Assembly (NCBI GenBank): GCA_003558195.1
Contig: PWMM01000100.1
Location: forward strand, 1-24,724
Direction: 5' to 3'
Length of the DNA stretch: 24,724 nucleotides
Origin: Syntrophomonadaceae bacterium
GTDB taxonomy: Bacteria > Bacillota > Dethiobacteria > DTU022
Below, one piece after another: positions 7,681-16,552 of this stretch (position 1 is its first letter; every line of letters begins with the position of its first letter). Below the pieces are notes generated by a model. It was not told the origin of the DNA, made no database searches, and saw only the letters and a list, made by a program, of their open reading frames with translations. The position numbers and the translations under genes were made by a program.

Positions 7681-8249
7681 TTGCCTTGCACCTCACTGTT
7701 ATCTTTATACACAGGCCATAACAGGGCTCCCAGTATAATAAGTATAATAATTAGGCCTGGGTGGATATCAAAACTAACCATTAGTAGCAATGCTCCCCAA
7801 AAGATAGCGGAGCTTTTAAACCAGCCCATTTCCTTTAAAGATTGATTCATAAACTGGTATATTATTATACCCAGCATTACCCCAATAACTGGCGGAATAC
7901 TTTTTCTCATACCCTGCACCCAGGATAGGTCATGTAATGCTGCCATCGAAGTTAATAAAAATACAACTGCCAGGGCAGTGGGGAGTACCAGCGCGGATAC
8001 CGTGATCATAATTCCCAAAAGACCGGCTAGCTTCCATCCTATGTAACCCGCCATTTTTGTTGAAATTGGACCGGGTAAAGTATTACCAATGGCCAGGACA
8101 TCGTTAAATTCATCATCTGATATCCATTTTTTGTTATTTACTACTTCCAGGTAGACCAGGGGTATAAATGAAGGTCCTCCACCATAACCTAAAATTCCTA
8201 TTCTAAAGAAAGTCAAAAATAAAGATAAATAATGGTGTTTTTTCTTCAA
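7677..8249 (-). CDS. chrA: Short-chain chromate transporter (CHR), first subunit
   Basis: GILGYGGGPS, EFNDVLAIGNTLPGPISTKM, DIHPGLII; TTG start with GGAGG RBS. Confidence 0.92.
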   Translation of the reverse strand: MKKKHHYLSLFLTFFRIGILGYGGGPSFIPLVYLEVVNNKKWISDDEFNDVLAIGNTLPGPISTKMAGYIGWKLAGLLGIMITVSALVLPTALAVVFLLTSMAALHDLSWVQGMRKSIPPVIGVMLGIIIYQFMNQSLKEMGWFKSSAIFWGALLLMVSFDIHPGLIIILIILGALLWPVYKDNSEVQGN

Positions 8250-8280
8250 CGTAATCCTCCACTCAGGTTATGCTCAGTTA

Positions 8281-9888
8281 TTACCAGGCAGCTACTGTGC
8301 CATCAGCGCGTGGCTCACTGGCACCTATTAGAACATTATTGTCATCTTTCATAATTATTTGTCCTCGACCGAAACTTAAACTATCAATTGCCTCTTCTAC
8401 TTGATGTCCTCTTAAAGCTAGCTCTTTTTTGATGCTTGATGGTAAATCTTTTTCCACTATAATTTTGTTTCCTTTTAACCATTGCCATCTTGGGGCATCT
8501 AAAGCTTCCTGGGGATTCAGATTAAAGTCAACCAGGTTAGATACTACCTGTAGATGACCCTGGGGTTGCATAAAGCCTCCCATAACTCCAAATGGTCCGA
8601 TTGCTTTCCCATTTTTCGTTATAAAAGCGGGTATGATAGTATGATAGGGTTTTTTCCCAGGTTCAATAAAATTAACACTGTTATTATTTAATGAAAAATT
8701 GTTGCCCCTGTTATGTAAAGCAATGCCAGTATGAGGGACAACAATTCCCGATCCAAAACCCTGGTAGTTACTCTGGATATAAGAAACCATATTGCCTTTT
8801 GCATCTGCTGAACATAAGTAAACAGTGCCACCTTTTCGCTGATCGCTAATACCCAGATCTGCAGCTAGCTCGGTAATTGAAGCCCTTTTTTTTGCGGCAT
8901 AGCTTTCAGAAAGAATATAATCTAAATCCACAGTCATGTATTTTGGATCTGTGATATATTTTATCCCATCAGAAAAAGCATTTTTTAAGGCTTCAATTTG
9001 CAGGTGATAGGTTGAAATAGTCTCTTTTTCTTTTAAATCAAACCCGTTTAAAATATTGAGGCCTAGCAATGCTACCAGCCCATGGGTATTAGGAGGCATT
9101 TCCCAAATCTCATAGCCTTTATAGTTGATTTTAATGGGAGTTACCCACTCCGGGGAGTACTTTTCTAAATCAGCATATCTAATGAAACCGCTTTCTGATT
9201 TGGAAAAACTATCCATTTTTTCAGCTAAAGTTCCACGATAAAATGATTCCGCCCTGGTAGCTGCTATCTCTTTTAAAGTTCTGGCATGATCCTGAGATCT
9301 CCAAATTTCTCCAGGTTTCGGAGCTCTACCGGCAGGCGCAAAGATGTCGAACCAATTCTTTAAATATTCAGGTTGGCTTAGCGTATTAAATTTTTCATAT
9401 TCTCTTTCCCATAACATAGCGATAACTGGTGATACAGGAAAGCCATTAAAAGCATAATCAATTGCTGGTTTGAATAACTGCTCAAAAGGTAAAGTGCCGA
9501 ATTTTTTTGATAGTTCAGCCCAGGCTGAAGGGGTTCCAGGTACAGTTACGGGAATCCATCCTGTTTCCGGTATATCTTTAAAACCCTGCTTTTTAATAGC
9601 TTCAGCGTTTATCAGCCCTGGTGCCGGGCCGCTTGCATTTAAAGCAGACAATTTATTATTATTCCATACCAGGGCAAAGCTGTCTCCTCCTATACCGTTA
9701 GAGGTTGGCTCCACTACAGTTAAACAAACAGCAGTTGCTATAGCAGCGTCTATAGCATTGCCTCCCATTTTTAATATATCAAGCCCCGCCTGGGCTGCTA
9801 AAGGTTGAGAAGTACAAACCATGCCCTTGTTGCTGTAAACAACACTTCTTCTGGATGGATACTTGTATTGATTACTGTTGTAATTCAT
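8281..9888 (-). CDS. ggt: Gamma-glutamyltransferase family Ntn-hydrolase (YwrD/HpxW-like subgroup)
   Basis: SQPLAAQAG, GGNAIDAA, VVEPTSNGIGGD, autocleavage Thr in GG-TVYL, GGFMQPQG, EPRADG. RBS AAGGAG indicates a start at ATG 9888 or 9891, not 10005. Confidence 0.93.
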   Translation of the reverse strand: MNYNSNQYKYPSRRSVVYSNKGMVCTSQPLAAQAGLDILKMGGNAIDAAIATAVCLTVVEPTSNGIGGDSFALVWNNNKLSALNASGPAPGLINAEAIKKQGFKDIPETGWIPVTVPGTPSAWAELSKKFGTLPFEQLFKPAIDYAFNGFPVSPVIAMLWEREYEKFNTLSQPEYLKNWFDIFAPAGRAPKPGEIWRSQDHARTLKEIAATRAESFYRGTLAEKMDSFSKSESGFIRYADLEKYSPEWVTPIKINYKGYEIWEMPPNTHGLVALLGLNILNGFDLKEKETISTYHLQIEALKNAFSDGIKYITDPKYMTVDLDYILSESYAAKKRASITELAADLGISDQRKGGTVYLCSADAKGNMVSYIQSNYQGFGSGIVVPHTGIALHNRGNNFSLNNNSVNFIEPGKKPYHTIIPAFITKNGKAIGPFGVMGGFMQPQGHLQVVSNLVDFNLNPQEALDAPRWQWLKGNKIIVEKDLPSSIKKELALRGHQVEEAIDSLSFGRGQIIMKDDNNVLIGASEPRADGTVAAW

Positions 9889-10383
9889 CATTTCTCCTTT
9901 TAAAGCATTATTATTTGCTTCCTTGAGCATTATTTTACTTCTAATACGGCGCCGGTTGGTTCTCTTGAACCCTGCTTGAAGTGTGATGAACATTAAACAA
10001 ATCAAGGAGTTACTTTCAGCCTGTTTTTACCATATTATTTTGTCCATAGTTTGACTTGTAATATTCGCGAAGGGGAAAAAATATCCTGCAGGAAAAAGAT
10101 TGTTCTTTCATCAAGGAGGTGATCCTTTAAAAAAGCAAGCAAGGAGTTAGTCTTTATTCACTAAGCAATGATCAGGCAATAAAAAAGCTAAAGACATTCT
10201 GCCAGAATCTAAAAGCTTATTCTTAATCTTATTATCTGCTATTTACACGGCTGGCATCAACTCTTTAGATCTAAAACTATCAAAAATGAAAGCTGTTTTT
10301 GTACAGATTTCCCCGTCCAGGTAAAAATAGTATTTAACTGGGTCTTGTTTTAACTCATTATAGCAGCCGAAGCAGACCTAGGT

Positions 10384-10842
10384 TTATTTAACTGTTAAAA
10401 CACTACAGTTTTTTGACTCCTGGACTACTGCACTACTAACGCTTCCAAGGAATATTTTTTGTAAACCGCTACGTCCCCTGCTACCTATGACAATGGTATC
10501 AAAACCATCTTCACTTGCTGTTTTTACAATAGTATCTGCCGGGCGCCCTTCTTTTAAAATTGTCCGTGCTTTGATATTTTTTCTTTCTAAATAATCCTGG
10601 GCATCTTCTAAAATTTTATTTGCTTCTTTTTTATTTTCTTCAAGTATAGTTTTGAAATTTTTCATATCTTCTTCAGTTGGAGCATAGGCTTCTCCACGGG
10701 GTAGCGCAGAAAGGTTTACGCTTTCATCATAAACATGAATAATGCCTACTTCATCCACATTACATCCTTCTGCAAGTATTGCTGCTTTTTCTAATGCTTT
10801 TTTACTGTGCTGCGAGCCATCTGTGCAAACTAAAATCTTCAT
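10384..10842 (-). CDS. Universal stress protein (UspA family)
   Basis: KILVCTDGSQHSKKAL, G-x-P-A-D-x-I, IVIGSRGRSGLQKIFLGSVS. RBS AAAGGAGTG before ATG 10842. Confidence 0.95.
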   Translation of the reverse strand: MKILVCTDGSQHSKKALEKAAILAEGCNVDEVGIIHVYDESVNLSALPRGEAYAPTEEDMKNFKTILEENKKEANKILEDAQDYLERKNIKARTILKEGRPADTIVKTASEDGFDTIVIGSRGRSGLQKIFLGSVSSAVVQESKNCSVLTVK

Positions 10843-11047
10843 GATATTATCACTCCTTTTACCGGTTAATTGCCTGGAAATATCAAAACCTTTCAAATAT
10901 ATTTTACCATAAAAATAACAATTTATGCTGATATTCAAAATCTTAGCCCTGATCTAGTATAATAAAGCTATAAAGAAGAACCAGGCAAAATATGTATGTT
11001 CTAAAAGAGTGTTCGAATTTTCAATTGGAAAGGAGTATAGATAATTT

Positions 11048-11638
11048 ATGAAGTTTCCATGTAAGCTTGCAATCCTTATTTTCGATGAGGTTGAAGTGCT
11101 TGACTTTTGCGGCCCTTTTGAAGTTTTTTCCATAACAAAAGACAACCATGGGCAAAGTCCTTTTGAGGTAATGATTGTGGCAGAGGATAACACCCCGGTA
11201 TTAGCAAGAAACAATTTAAGTATAAACCCTCAATACACCATTAAAAATTGCCCGAAACCGGATATTATTTTAATTCCTGGAGGACCTGGAACACGTAAAG
11301 AATTATATAATGATACCTTAATTGGCTGGATAAAATCTATTTCTTTGGCCAGTCAACTAACTTTAACTGTATGTACCGGGTCATTATTGCTGGGAAAAAC
11401 AGGTTTACTAGATCATATGGAAATAACTACTCATCACGGGGCATTGGATTTATTAAGAGAAACAGCACCAAAAGCTGAAGTTAGGAGCGATGTAAGATTC
11501 ATTGACAATGACCGGTATATTACGGCAGCGGGCATATCTGCCGGTATTGATATGTCTTTATACGTTGTAGGAAAACTACTTGGCCGGGATATTGCTGAAA
11601 AAACAGCATCTTATATGGAATATAATTGGACGGGTTGA
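11048..11638 (+). CDS. DJ-1/PfpI family protein (InhA/GlxA-N-like, no AraC domain)
   Basis: EVEVLDFCGPFEVF, IPGGPG, nucleophile Cys in TVCTGS, TAAGISAGID. Confidence 0.93.
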   Translation: MKFPCKLAILIFDEVEVLDFCGPFEVFSITKDNHGQSPFEVMIVAEDNTPVLARNNLSINPQYTIKNCPKPDIILIPGGPGTRKELYNDTLIGWIKSISLASQLTLTVCTGSLLLGKTGLLDHMEITTHHGALDLLRETAPKAEVRSDVRFIDNDRYITAAGISAGIDMSLYVVGKLLGRDIAEKTASYMEYNWTG

Positions 11639-11705
11639 TGAGATCTAGTATTTAGAATATGCTGGAACCGATCGCATCAAACCTGGTCTAGTAGAAACTG
11701 TTTAA

Positions 11706-12005
11706 TCATCCCCCGGCTGCTGGAGGGAAAATGCTGACCCTGTCTCCTTCCTCCAGGATTGAAGAGAGGCCCTTTAGCTGCCTGATGTTAAAGCCATTAA
11801 CAAGGATCGTTAAATCGGTCTTGTTATGACTGCCAAAAAGGGTCAGGGTGGCACTCCCTATGGTGAGCTTTTCCGGTATGCCGTAATCGCGGCATAAAAC
11901 CCGGAGCAGCTCCATAACTGTTGCATCTTCCGGCAGTTCTACTATTATATAATCTGACCCCAGTGAATCTCTCAGGAAAAGGTATGCTTTTACTGTTACC
12001 TGCAC
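11706..12005 (-). CDS. moaD: MoaD/ThiS-family ubiquitin-like sulfur carrier
   Basis: 99 aa, ILVNG...LEEGDRVSIFPPAAGG with C-terminal Gly-Gly; downstream of AOR on the same strand. Confidence 0.88.
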   Translation of the reverse strand: MQVTVKAYLFLRDSLGSDYIIVELPEDATVMELLRVLCRDYGIPEKLTIGSATLTLFGSHNKTDLTILVNGFNIRQLKGLSSILEEGDRVSIFPPAAGG

Positions 12006-12113
12006 GGGGTCACACCCCCGGTTTTTATTCTATGCTTGCCATAATAAGTTGCAGCGTTAACCGGCTCTATCTCACCTTTTGCACCGGTTTTGTTGTTGTT
12101 TTCAGGAATCAGT

Positions 12114-13799
12114 TTAATCCTTCATTTTCTTCAGTTCCTCTTCTCGAAGCTGCTTTTTATAGATTTTTTCTGTTACGGTAAATGGCAGGTCCTGGCGGAA
12201 TTCTACCTGGCGGGGTACGGCATAAGATGCGCATTTGTCGCGGCAAAACTCAATGATTTCTTCTGCCGTTACTGTTTCTGTGTAATCATCCTTGAGCACT
12301 ACATAAGCTTTGATCCTTTCACTGCCTGCCCGATCAGGATCCGGGATCCCGATGGCTGCAGCCATTGATACAGCGGGGTGCTGATAAAGGATGTCATCGA
12401 TAGTGCTGGTATAAACTTTGAAGCCGGACACATTGGCCATATCTTTGATCCGGTCGACGATATAAAAATAGCCGTCTTCGTCCATACTGACAATGTCACC
12501 CGTGGGTAACCAGCCGTTGATCAGGCCGGAACCTGCTTCGGGCCAGTATCCCTTCATCACCTGCGGTCCCTTTATGTACATGTGCCCCGGTTCACCCTGC
12601 GGGCATTCGCTCCCGCTTTCTTCATCGATCAGCTTCACATCAGTATCTGGAACCGGCAGGCCGATGCTGTATTTTTGCCTGGCGGAAAAACCGGTAATTT
12701 TAGAAAACCCGCTCAAATCAAGGTGGGTCAGGGGGCTGGTTTCTGTCAGGCCATATCCTTCAGTAACCGGCATTTTGATCTTGGCGGTAATCGTTTCCCT
12801 CACTTCCAGGGGCAGGTAAGAAGCCCCGGACAGGATCTGGATCGGCAGGCGGGGCAGGTCTTTTTCGCTTAATTTCATCAGCTGGGTTGGGACCAGGGCA
12901 GTCAGGAAGGGGCGGTTTTCCACCAGGATTCTGGCAATTTCATCTAGGTCTCTGGGGTCGCGGACCAAAATCAGTTTAAGGCCCCAATAGATCCCAAAAA
13001 GGGCCGCGGCATCGCCGTAGGAGTGGAAGAGGGGAACCCCCAGGCAAAGTGAAGCCTTTCCGCGTATCGATTTTTCCAGGTTAGCCATAGCCCAGGCCAT
13101 CGATTGCAACACATTGGAGTAGCGGTTGAAGTGGGTGAGCATAACGCCCTTGGGAATCCCGGTAGCGCCGCCGGTGAAGGCCAGGTAGGCCAGGTCACTC
13201 CGAGGATTTATCTCAACCTGCGGGGGCCGGGAATCGTGGTTCTCAATTAAAGTTATTAAATCGTAGATCCCTTCCGGTACCTCCCGGTGATTTTCTTCAG
13301 CAGCGGTATAATCGGTAAGGGATGTGGTTATGATCTGCCGGATCCTGGTTTCAGGTTTTAAGGCCAGGATTTTATCAGCCTGCTCCCGGAGGCAGATCAC
13401 GGTTTCTGCTCCTGATTCGCCAATCTCATATGCCAGTTCCCTTTCTGTGTGCAGAATGCTGCAGGGAACATGGGTCGCCCCTGCTTTAAGGAGCCCGAAG
13501 TTGGCAATAATGTACTGGGGAGAGGTGGGCAGGATAGTGGCTACCTTGTCGCCCTTTTTAACCCCGAATCCAGCCAAGGCACAGGCCAGCCTGTCGGTAT
13601 AATCTTTAAGTTCATTATAGCTGATTTTCACCCCGCAATACTCAATAGCCTGGGAACGGGGATGCTTTTCAGCTGACTGGTCGAGCATGCTAAACAGGGG
13701 CAGCTCAGGATAAGGTTCCAGGCTTTGGGCTAATTTATAAGGGCCCAGCTTGTAACTTTTCAGCCAGGGCCTTTTTTGTTCTATTTCGCTCAAAGTCAA
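12114..13799 (-). CDS. AMP-forming acyl-CoA synthetase (long-chain-fatty-acid--CoA ligase/FadD-like)
   Basis: P-loop FTGGATGIPKGVMLTH, EGYGLTETSP, TGDI...DEDGYFYIVDRIKD, terminal Lys in PFTVTEKI. TTG start 11 nt after the AOR stop, with AAGGGGGT RBS. Confidence 0.93.
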   Translation of the reverse strand: MTLSEIEQKRPWLKSYKLGPYKLAQSLEPYPELPLFSMLDQSAEKHPRSQAIEYCGVKISYNELKDYTDRLACALAGFGVKKGDKVATILPTSPQYIIANFGLLKAGATHVPCSILHTERELAYEIGESGAETVICLREQADKILALKPETRIRQIITTSLTDYTAAEENHREVPEGIYDLITLIENHDSRPPQVEINPRSDLAYLAFTGGATGIPKGVMLTHFNRYSNVLQSMAWAMANLEKSIRGKASLCLGVPLFHSYGDAAALFGIYWGLKLILVRDPRDLDEIARILVENRPFLTALVPTQLMKLSEKDLPRLPIQILSGASYLPLEVRETITAKIKMPVTEGYGLTETSPLTHLDLSGFSKITGFSARQKYSIGLPVPDTDVKLIDEESGSECPQGEPGHMYIKGPQVMKGYWPEAGSGLINGWLPTGDIVSMDEDGYFYIVDRIKDMANVSGFKVYTSTIDDILYQHPAVSMAAAIGIPDPDRAGSERIKAYVVLKDDYTETVTAEEIIEFCRDKCASYAVPRQVEFRQDLPFTVTEKIYKKQLREEELKKMKD

Positions 13800-13810
13800 A
13801 ACCCCCTTTT

Positions 13811-15673
13811 CTAGCTCCAGAGTTTATCGGAAACGTCTTCCAGGCCGAGTTCTTTTAACTTCGCCGCTGCCGGTTTACCAGTTTCCCGGTCCCATCCCCT
13901 GAGGTGGTAGTAACGCTCCAGCAGCACGGGAAGATCATTGACCTGTCCTTCTGCCGGTCCTTCCGGCAGGGGATCTTCCAGGAGCCGCTTTGGCAGCGTA
14001 TCATCTTTAGGAGTGAGCCCTTCACGGCTGCAAAAAGCCCGGGCCAGGTTGTAAACTCGTTCTCCCGCTTTTTTGTACTCTTCCAGGGTATAATCCCAAC
14101 CGGTGGCCAGGTTGACCAGTTCCACCCAGTCTGCGGCACTGATGCACAGCCCCATAAATTTACAGGCTCCAATGCAGTCGAAAGAGGTGAGCATATCTTC
14201 GAGATCAACGGCAATTTTTACTTCATCAGGATCGGCGGCGAAGGGGTCCTTGATTTCACTTTCTTCAACGATCAGGAAGGGGGCATCCACAAAAGTGGGT
14301 CCCTGCACATAGGCAGTGATATGATCGCCGCCCCGGTTGGCAGTTGCGTAAGTTAAACCGGTTAGCTGCACGGCCCTGCTGTCGTAAGCCGGAAGTTCCA
14401 GGCCTTTCACGTGCATGGCAAAGGCTTCGCTGCCCTGGCCCAGTTTTTCTGACATTCTTTTTGTTCCCTCTGCCAGGAGGTCGCCAATACCTTCACGCCG
14501 GGCAACCAGGTGGACCAGGTCGACAATTAAGTCAGGATTACCGAAATTTAGCTCCAGCCCGCCTGTGTCCTCAGCTGTCAGGATCCCTTTCTCGTAGCAT
14601 TCCATGGCAAAAGCGAAGGTGCTCCCCGCTGAAATTGTGTCCAGGCCATAATCGTTGCAGAGGTATCCAGCCATGGTGATGGCTTCCAGGTCGTTTACAG
14701 CGCACATGCCGCCAAAAGTCCCTACGGTCTCGTATTCCGGGCCTTCCCCCTTGTGCCCGGCGTACTTGCCTTCCCGAATTTCTGTTCCCCGCCCGCATTC
14801 GATGGGGCAGGCAAAGCAGGTCACGTTTTTTGTGAGGATTTTATCGGAAATGGCCGGGCCGTTAATATCCTCGGCGTCTTCAAAGATCCCGGTTTGCCAG
14901 TTTTTGGTTGGAAAGCCGCCCCTGATGCTGACCAGGTCTAAGACCACACTGGTCCCAAATGCCTGCAGGGACATCTTAAACATGGAATCGTCCATCAGTT
15001 CATACTGTTTCCTGGAATGAGCCTTGAATTGATCAGGATCAAAGATGGTGAGAGGTTTGCTGCCCCTTACGGCTATAGCTTTTAGTTTTTTTGAGCCCAT
15101 CACGGCCCCGAGGCCGCAGCGGCCGGCGGCGCGCCCCAGGTCGTTCATGATCGCTGCATACTGGACCAGGTTTTCCCCGCCCGGTCCGATACAGGCAATA
15201 TTAAATTTATCTCCCATTTCTTCTTTAATTGCTGCAGTTGTTTCCGGAACATTCAAACCCCAGAGATGGGAAGCGTCTTTTACCTCAACCTTATTGTCAT
15301 CCACTGCCAGGTAGACTGGATGAGGAGATATGCCTTCAAATATAACTCCATCGTAACCGCTTTTTTTAAAATCGACCCCCCAGCGGCCCCCGGAGTTGGC
15401 CTGGCCCCAGATTCCTGTCTGCGGTGATTTTGCGACCACGCTGAAACGGCCAGTACTGGGCGCGACAGCCCCGGTGAGACTACCAGTCATAAAAATTAAC
15501 TTGTTTTCTTCACCTAACGGGTCCGCTTTTGCCGGCACCTCATCCCACAAGTAGCGGGTGGCCAGCCCGGCGCCTCCCAGGTATTTTTTATAATCATCTG
15601 CTGGGACATCTTCTTTCTTAGCCGTACCGCTGTTCAGGTTGACCCTGAGTATCTTTCCATGGCAGCCGTACAA
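13811..15673 (-). CDS. aor: Aldehyde:ferredoxin oxidoreductase family (tungstopterin/4Fe-4S) enzyme
   Basis: GRAAGRCGLGAVMGSKKLKAIAV, CFACPIEC (CxxCxxxC), EGPEYET, GLDTISAG, VKGLELPAYDSR, RGGDH, GACKF. GGAGGT lies 7 nt before TTG 15673 (track start GTG 15682 overlaps the RBS). Confidence 0.96.
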   Translation of the reverse strand: MYGCHGKILRVNLNSGTAKKEDVPADDYKKYLGGAGLATRYLWDEVPAKADPLGEENKLIFMTGSLTGAVAPSTGRFSVVAKSPQTGIWGQANSGGRWGVDFKKSGYDGVIFEGISPHPVYLAVDDNKVEVKDASHLWGLNVPETTAAIKEEMGDKFNIACIGPGGENLVQYAAIMNDLGRAAGRCGLGAVMGSKKLKAIAVRGSKPLTIFDPDQFKAHSRKQYELMDDSMFKMSLQAFGTSVVLDLVSIRGGFPTKNWQTGIFEDAEDINGPAISDKILTKNVTCFACPIECGRGTEIREGKYAGHKGEGPEYETVGTFGGMCAVNDLEAITMAGYLCNDYGLDTISAGSTFAFAMECYEKGILTAEDTGGLELNFGNPDLIVDLVHLVARREGIGDLLAEGTKRMSEKLGQGSEAFAMHVKGLELPAYDSRAVQLTGLTYATANRGGDHITAYVQGPTFVDAPFLIVEESEIKDPFAADPDEVKIAVDLEDMLTSFDCIGACKFMGLCISAADWVELVNLATGWDYTLEEYKKAGERVYNLARAFCSREGLTPKDDTLPKRLLEDPLPEGPAEGQVNDLPVLLERYYHLRGWDRETGKPAAAKLKELGLEDVSDKLWS

Positions 15674-15827
15674 TTGTAACACCTCCAGATTTTTTTTGGT
15701 TCCCGGAAATCAAAAGTTGCATGAATTGTGTGAGCTTGTAAAATGAAAAGACGATTTATTTAAATATACAGCTTATAGTGGGAAAAAACAACTATATTTT
15801 TGCGAAAACACTAATATATTATTAAAT

Positions 15828-15864
15828 TGCTATAATTATATACTTTCAATTTACTGTTAAACAA
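15828..15864. promoter_or_regulatory. Overlapping divergent sigma-A-type promoters around palindrome TATAATTATA
   Basis: + strand extended -10 TGcTATAAT (15828-15836); - strand TTGTTT (15864-15859), 18 nt, TATAAT (15840-15835). Confidence 0.55.
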
Positions 15865-15970
15865 GGTATACTCTAATCAGTATGCAGCGATTATTTAAGC
15901 CTGTTTCTCTTTGATAATATTACTTTTAAAGAGACAAGCGGTACAATAATACATATAAGGGGTTGATACA

Positions 15971-16552
15971 GTGGAGAGTAATAATCTTGCAGAATTTGCT
16001 TATGGGAGTGAAGAATGGGAAAAAGCATACCGGGAGATGGTTGAAAAACGTCTGGCGAAAGTAGAACCACCTTTTGCAATGGGTTCACCGGAGTGGGTGG
16101 ACGCTTTTGAAAAGAACATTCAGGAAGATGAACTGTACAAGAAGGTGGCAAAAAAATGGGAAGGAACTGTAGTAATTCACATCCTGGGCGATCCGGCCAT
16201 TGGCCTAGATGGCGATATTTTTATGCTAATGGATCTATGGCATGGCGATTGCCGTTCGGTCAGGTTGGTGCCTGAGGAAACGGGGAAAAATGCAGACTAT
16301 GTGTTAACCGGTAATTTTGAAAGATGGGAGTCGGTGTTAAAAAAAGAACTTGATGTAGTTAAAGCAATGATGCAGGGTAAAATCAAACTTAAGGGCTCAC
16401 TACCGGTAATTGTACGCTTTGTGAAAGCCTGTGTTCGCCTGGTTGAACTTGCTGCCGGCATTGATACCCGGTTCCAAACTGAAATGAGTGAGCAAGAGCG
16501 TGAAGCTTTCAAGGAGTGGTTTAACGAATTAAGAGCCAGGTTTGGGTTTTAA
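15971..16552 (+). CDS. SCP2 (sterol carrier protein-2) lipid-binding domain protein with N- and C-terminal extensions
   Basis: MDLWHGDCR, ADYVLTGNFERWESVLKKELDVVKAMMQGKIKLKGSL is the typical SCP2 C-terminal pattern; GTG start with AAGGGG RBS. Confidence 0.85.
   Translation: MESNNLAEFAYGSEEWEKAYREMVEKRLAKVEPPFAMGSPEWVDAFEKNIQEDELYKKVAKKWEGTVVIHILGDPAIGLDGDIFMLMDLWHGDCRSVRLVPEETGKNADYVLTGNFERWESVLKKELDVVKAMMQGKIKLKGSLPVIVRFVKACVRLVELAAGIDTRFQTEMSEQEREAFKEWFNELRARFGF

Noticed and set aside
9889-10005. ORF-track N-terminal extension of ggt (similarly usp 10938, aroK 20824, hypothetical 20842)
   Set aside because: A strong RBS and the family-typical N-terminus lie at downstream starts in each case.
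10113-10125. 16S rRNA gene fragment
   Set aside because: Only the 13-nt anti-SD complement matches; flanks do not resemble 16S or ITS.
12090-15314. Many 60-150 aa ORF-track frames overlapping ACS and AOR
   Set aside because: Antisense or alternate-frame shadows of well-supported GC-rich genes, with no RBS or recognisable motifs.
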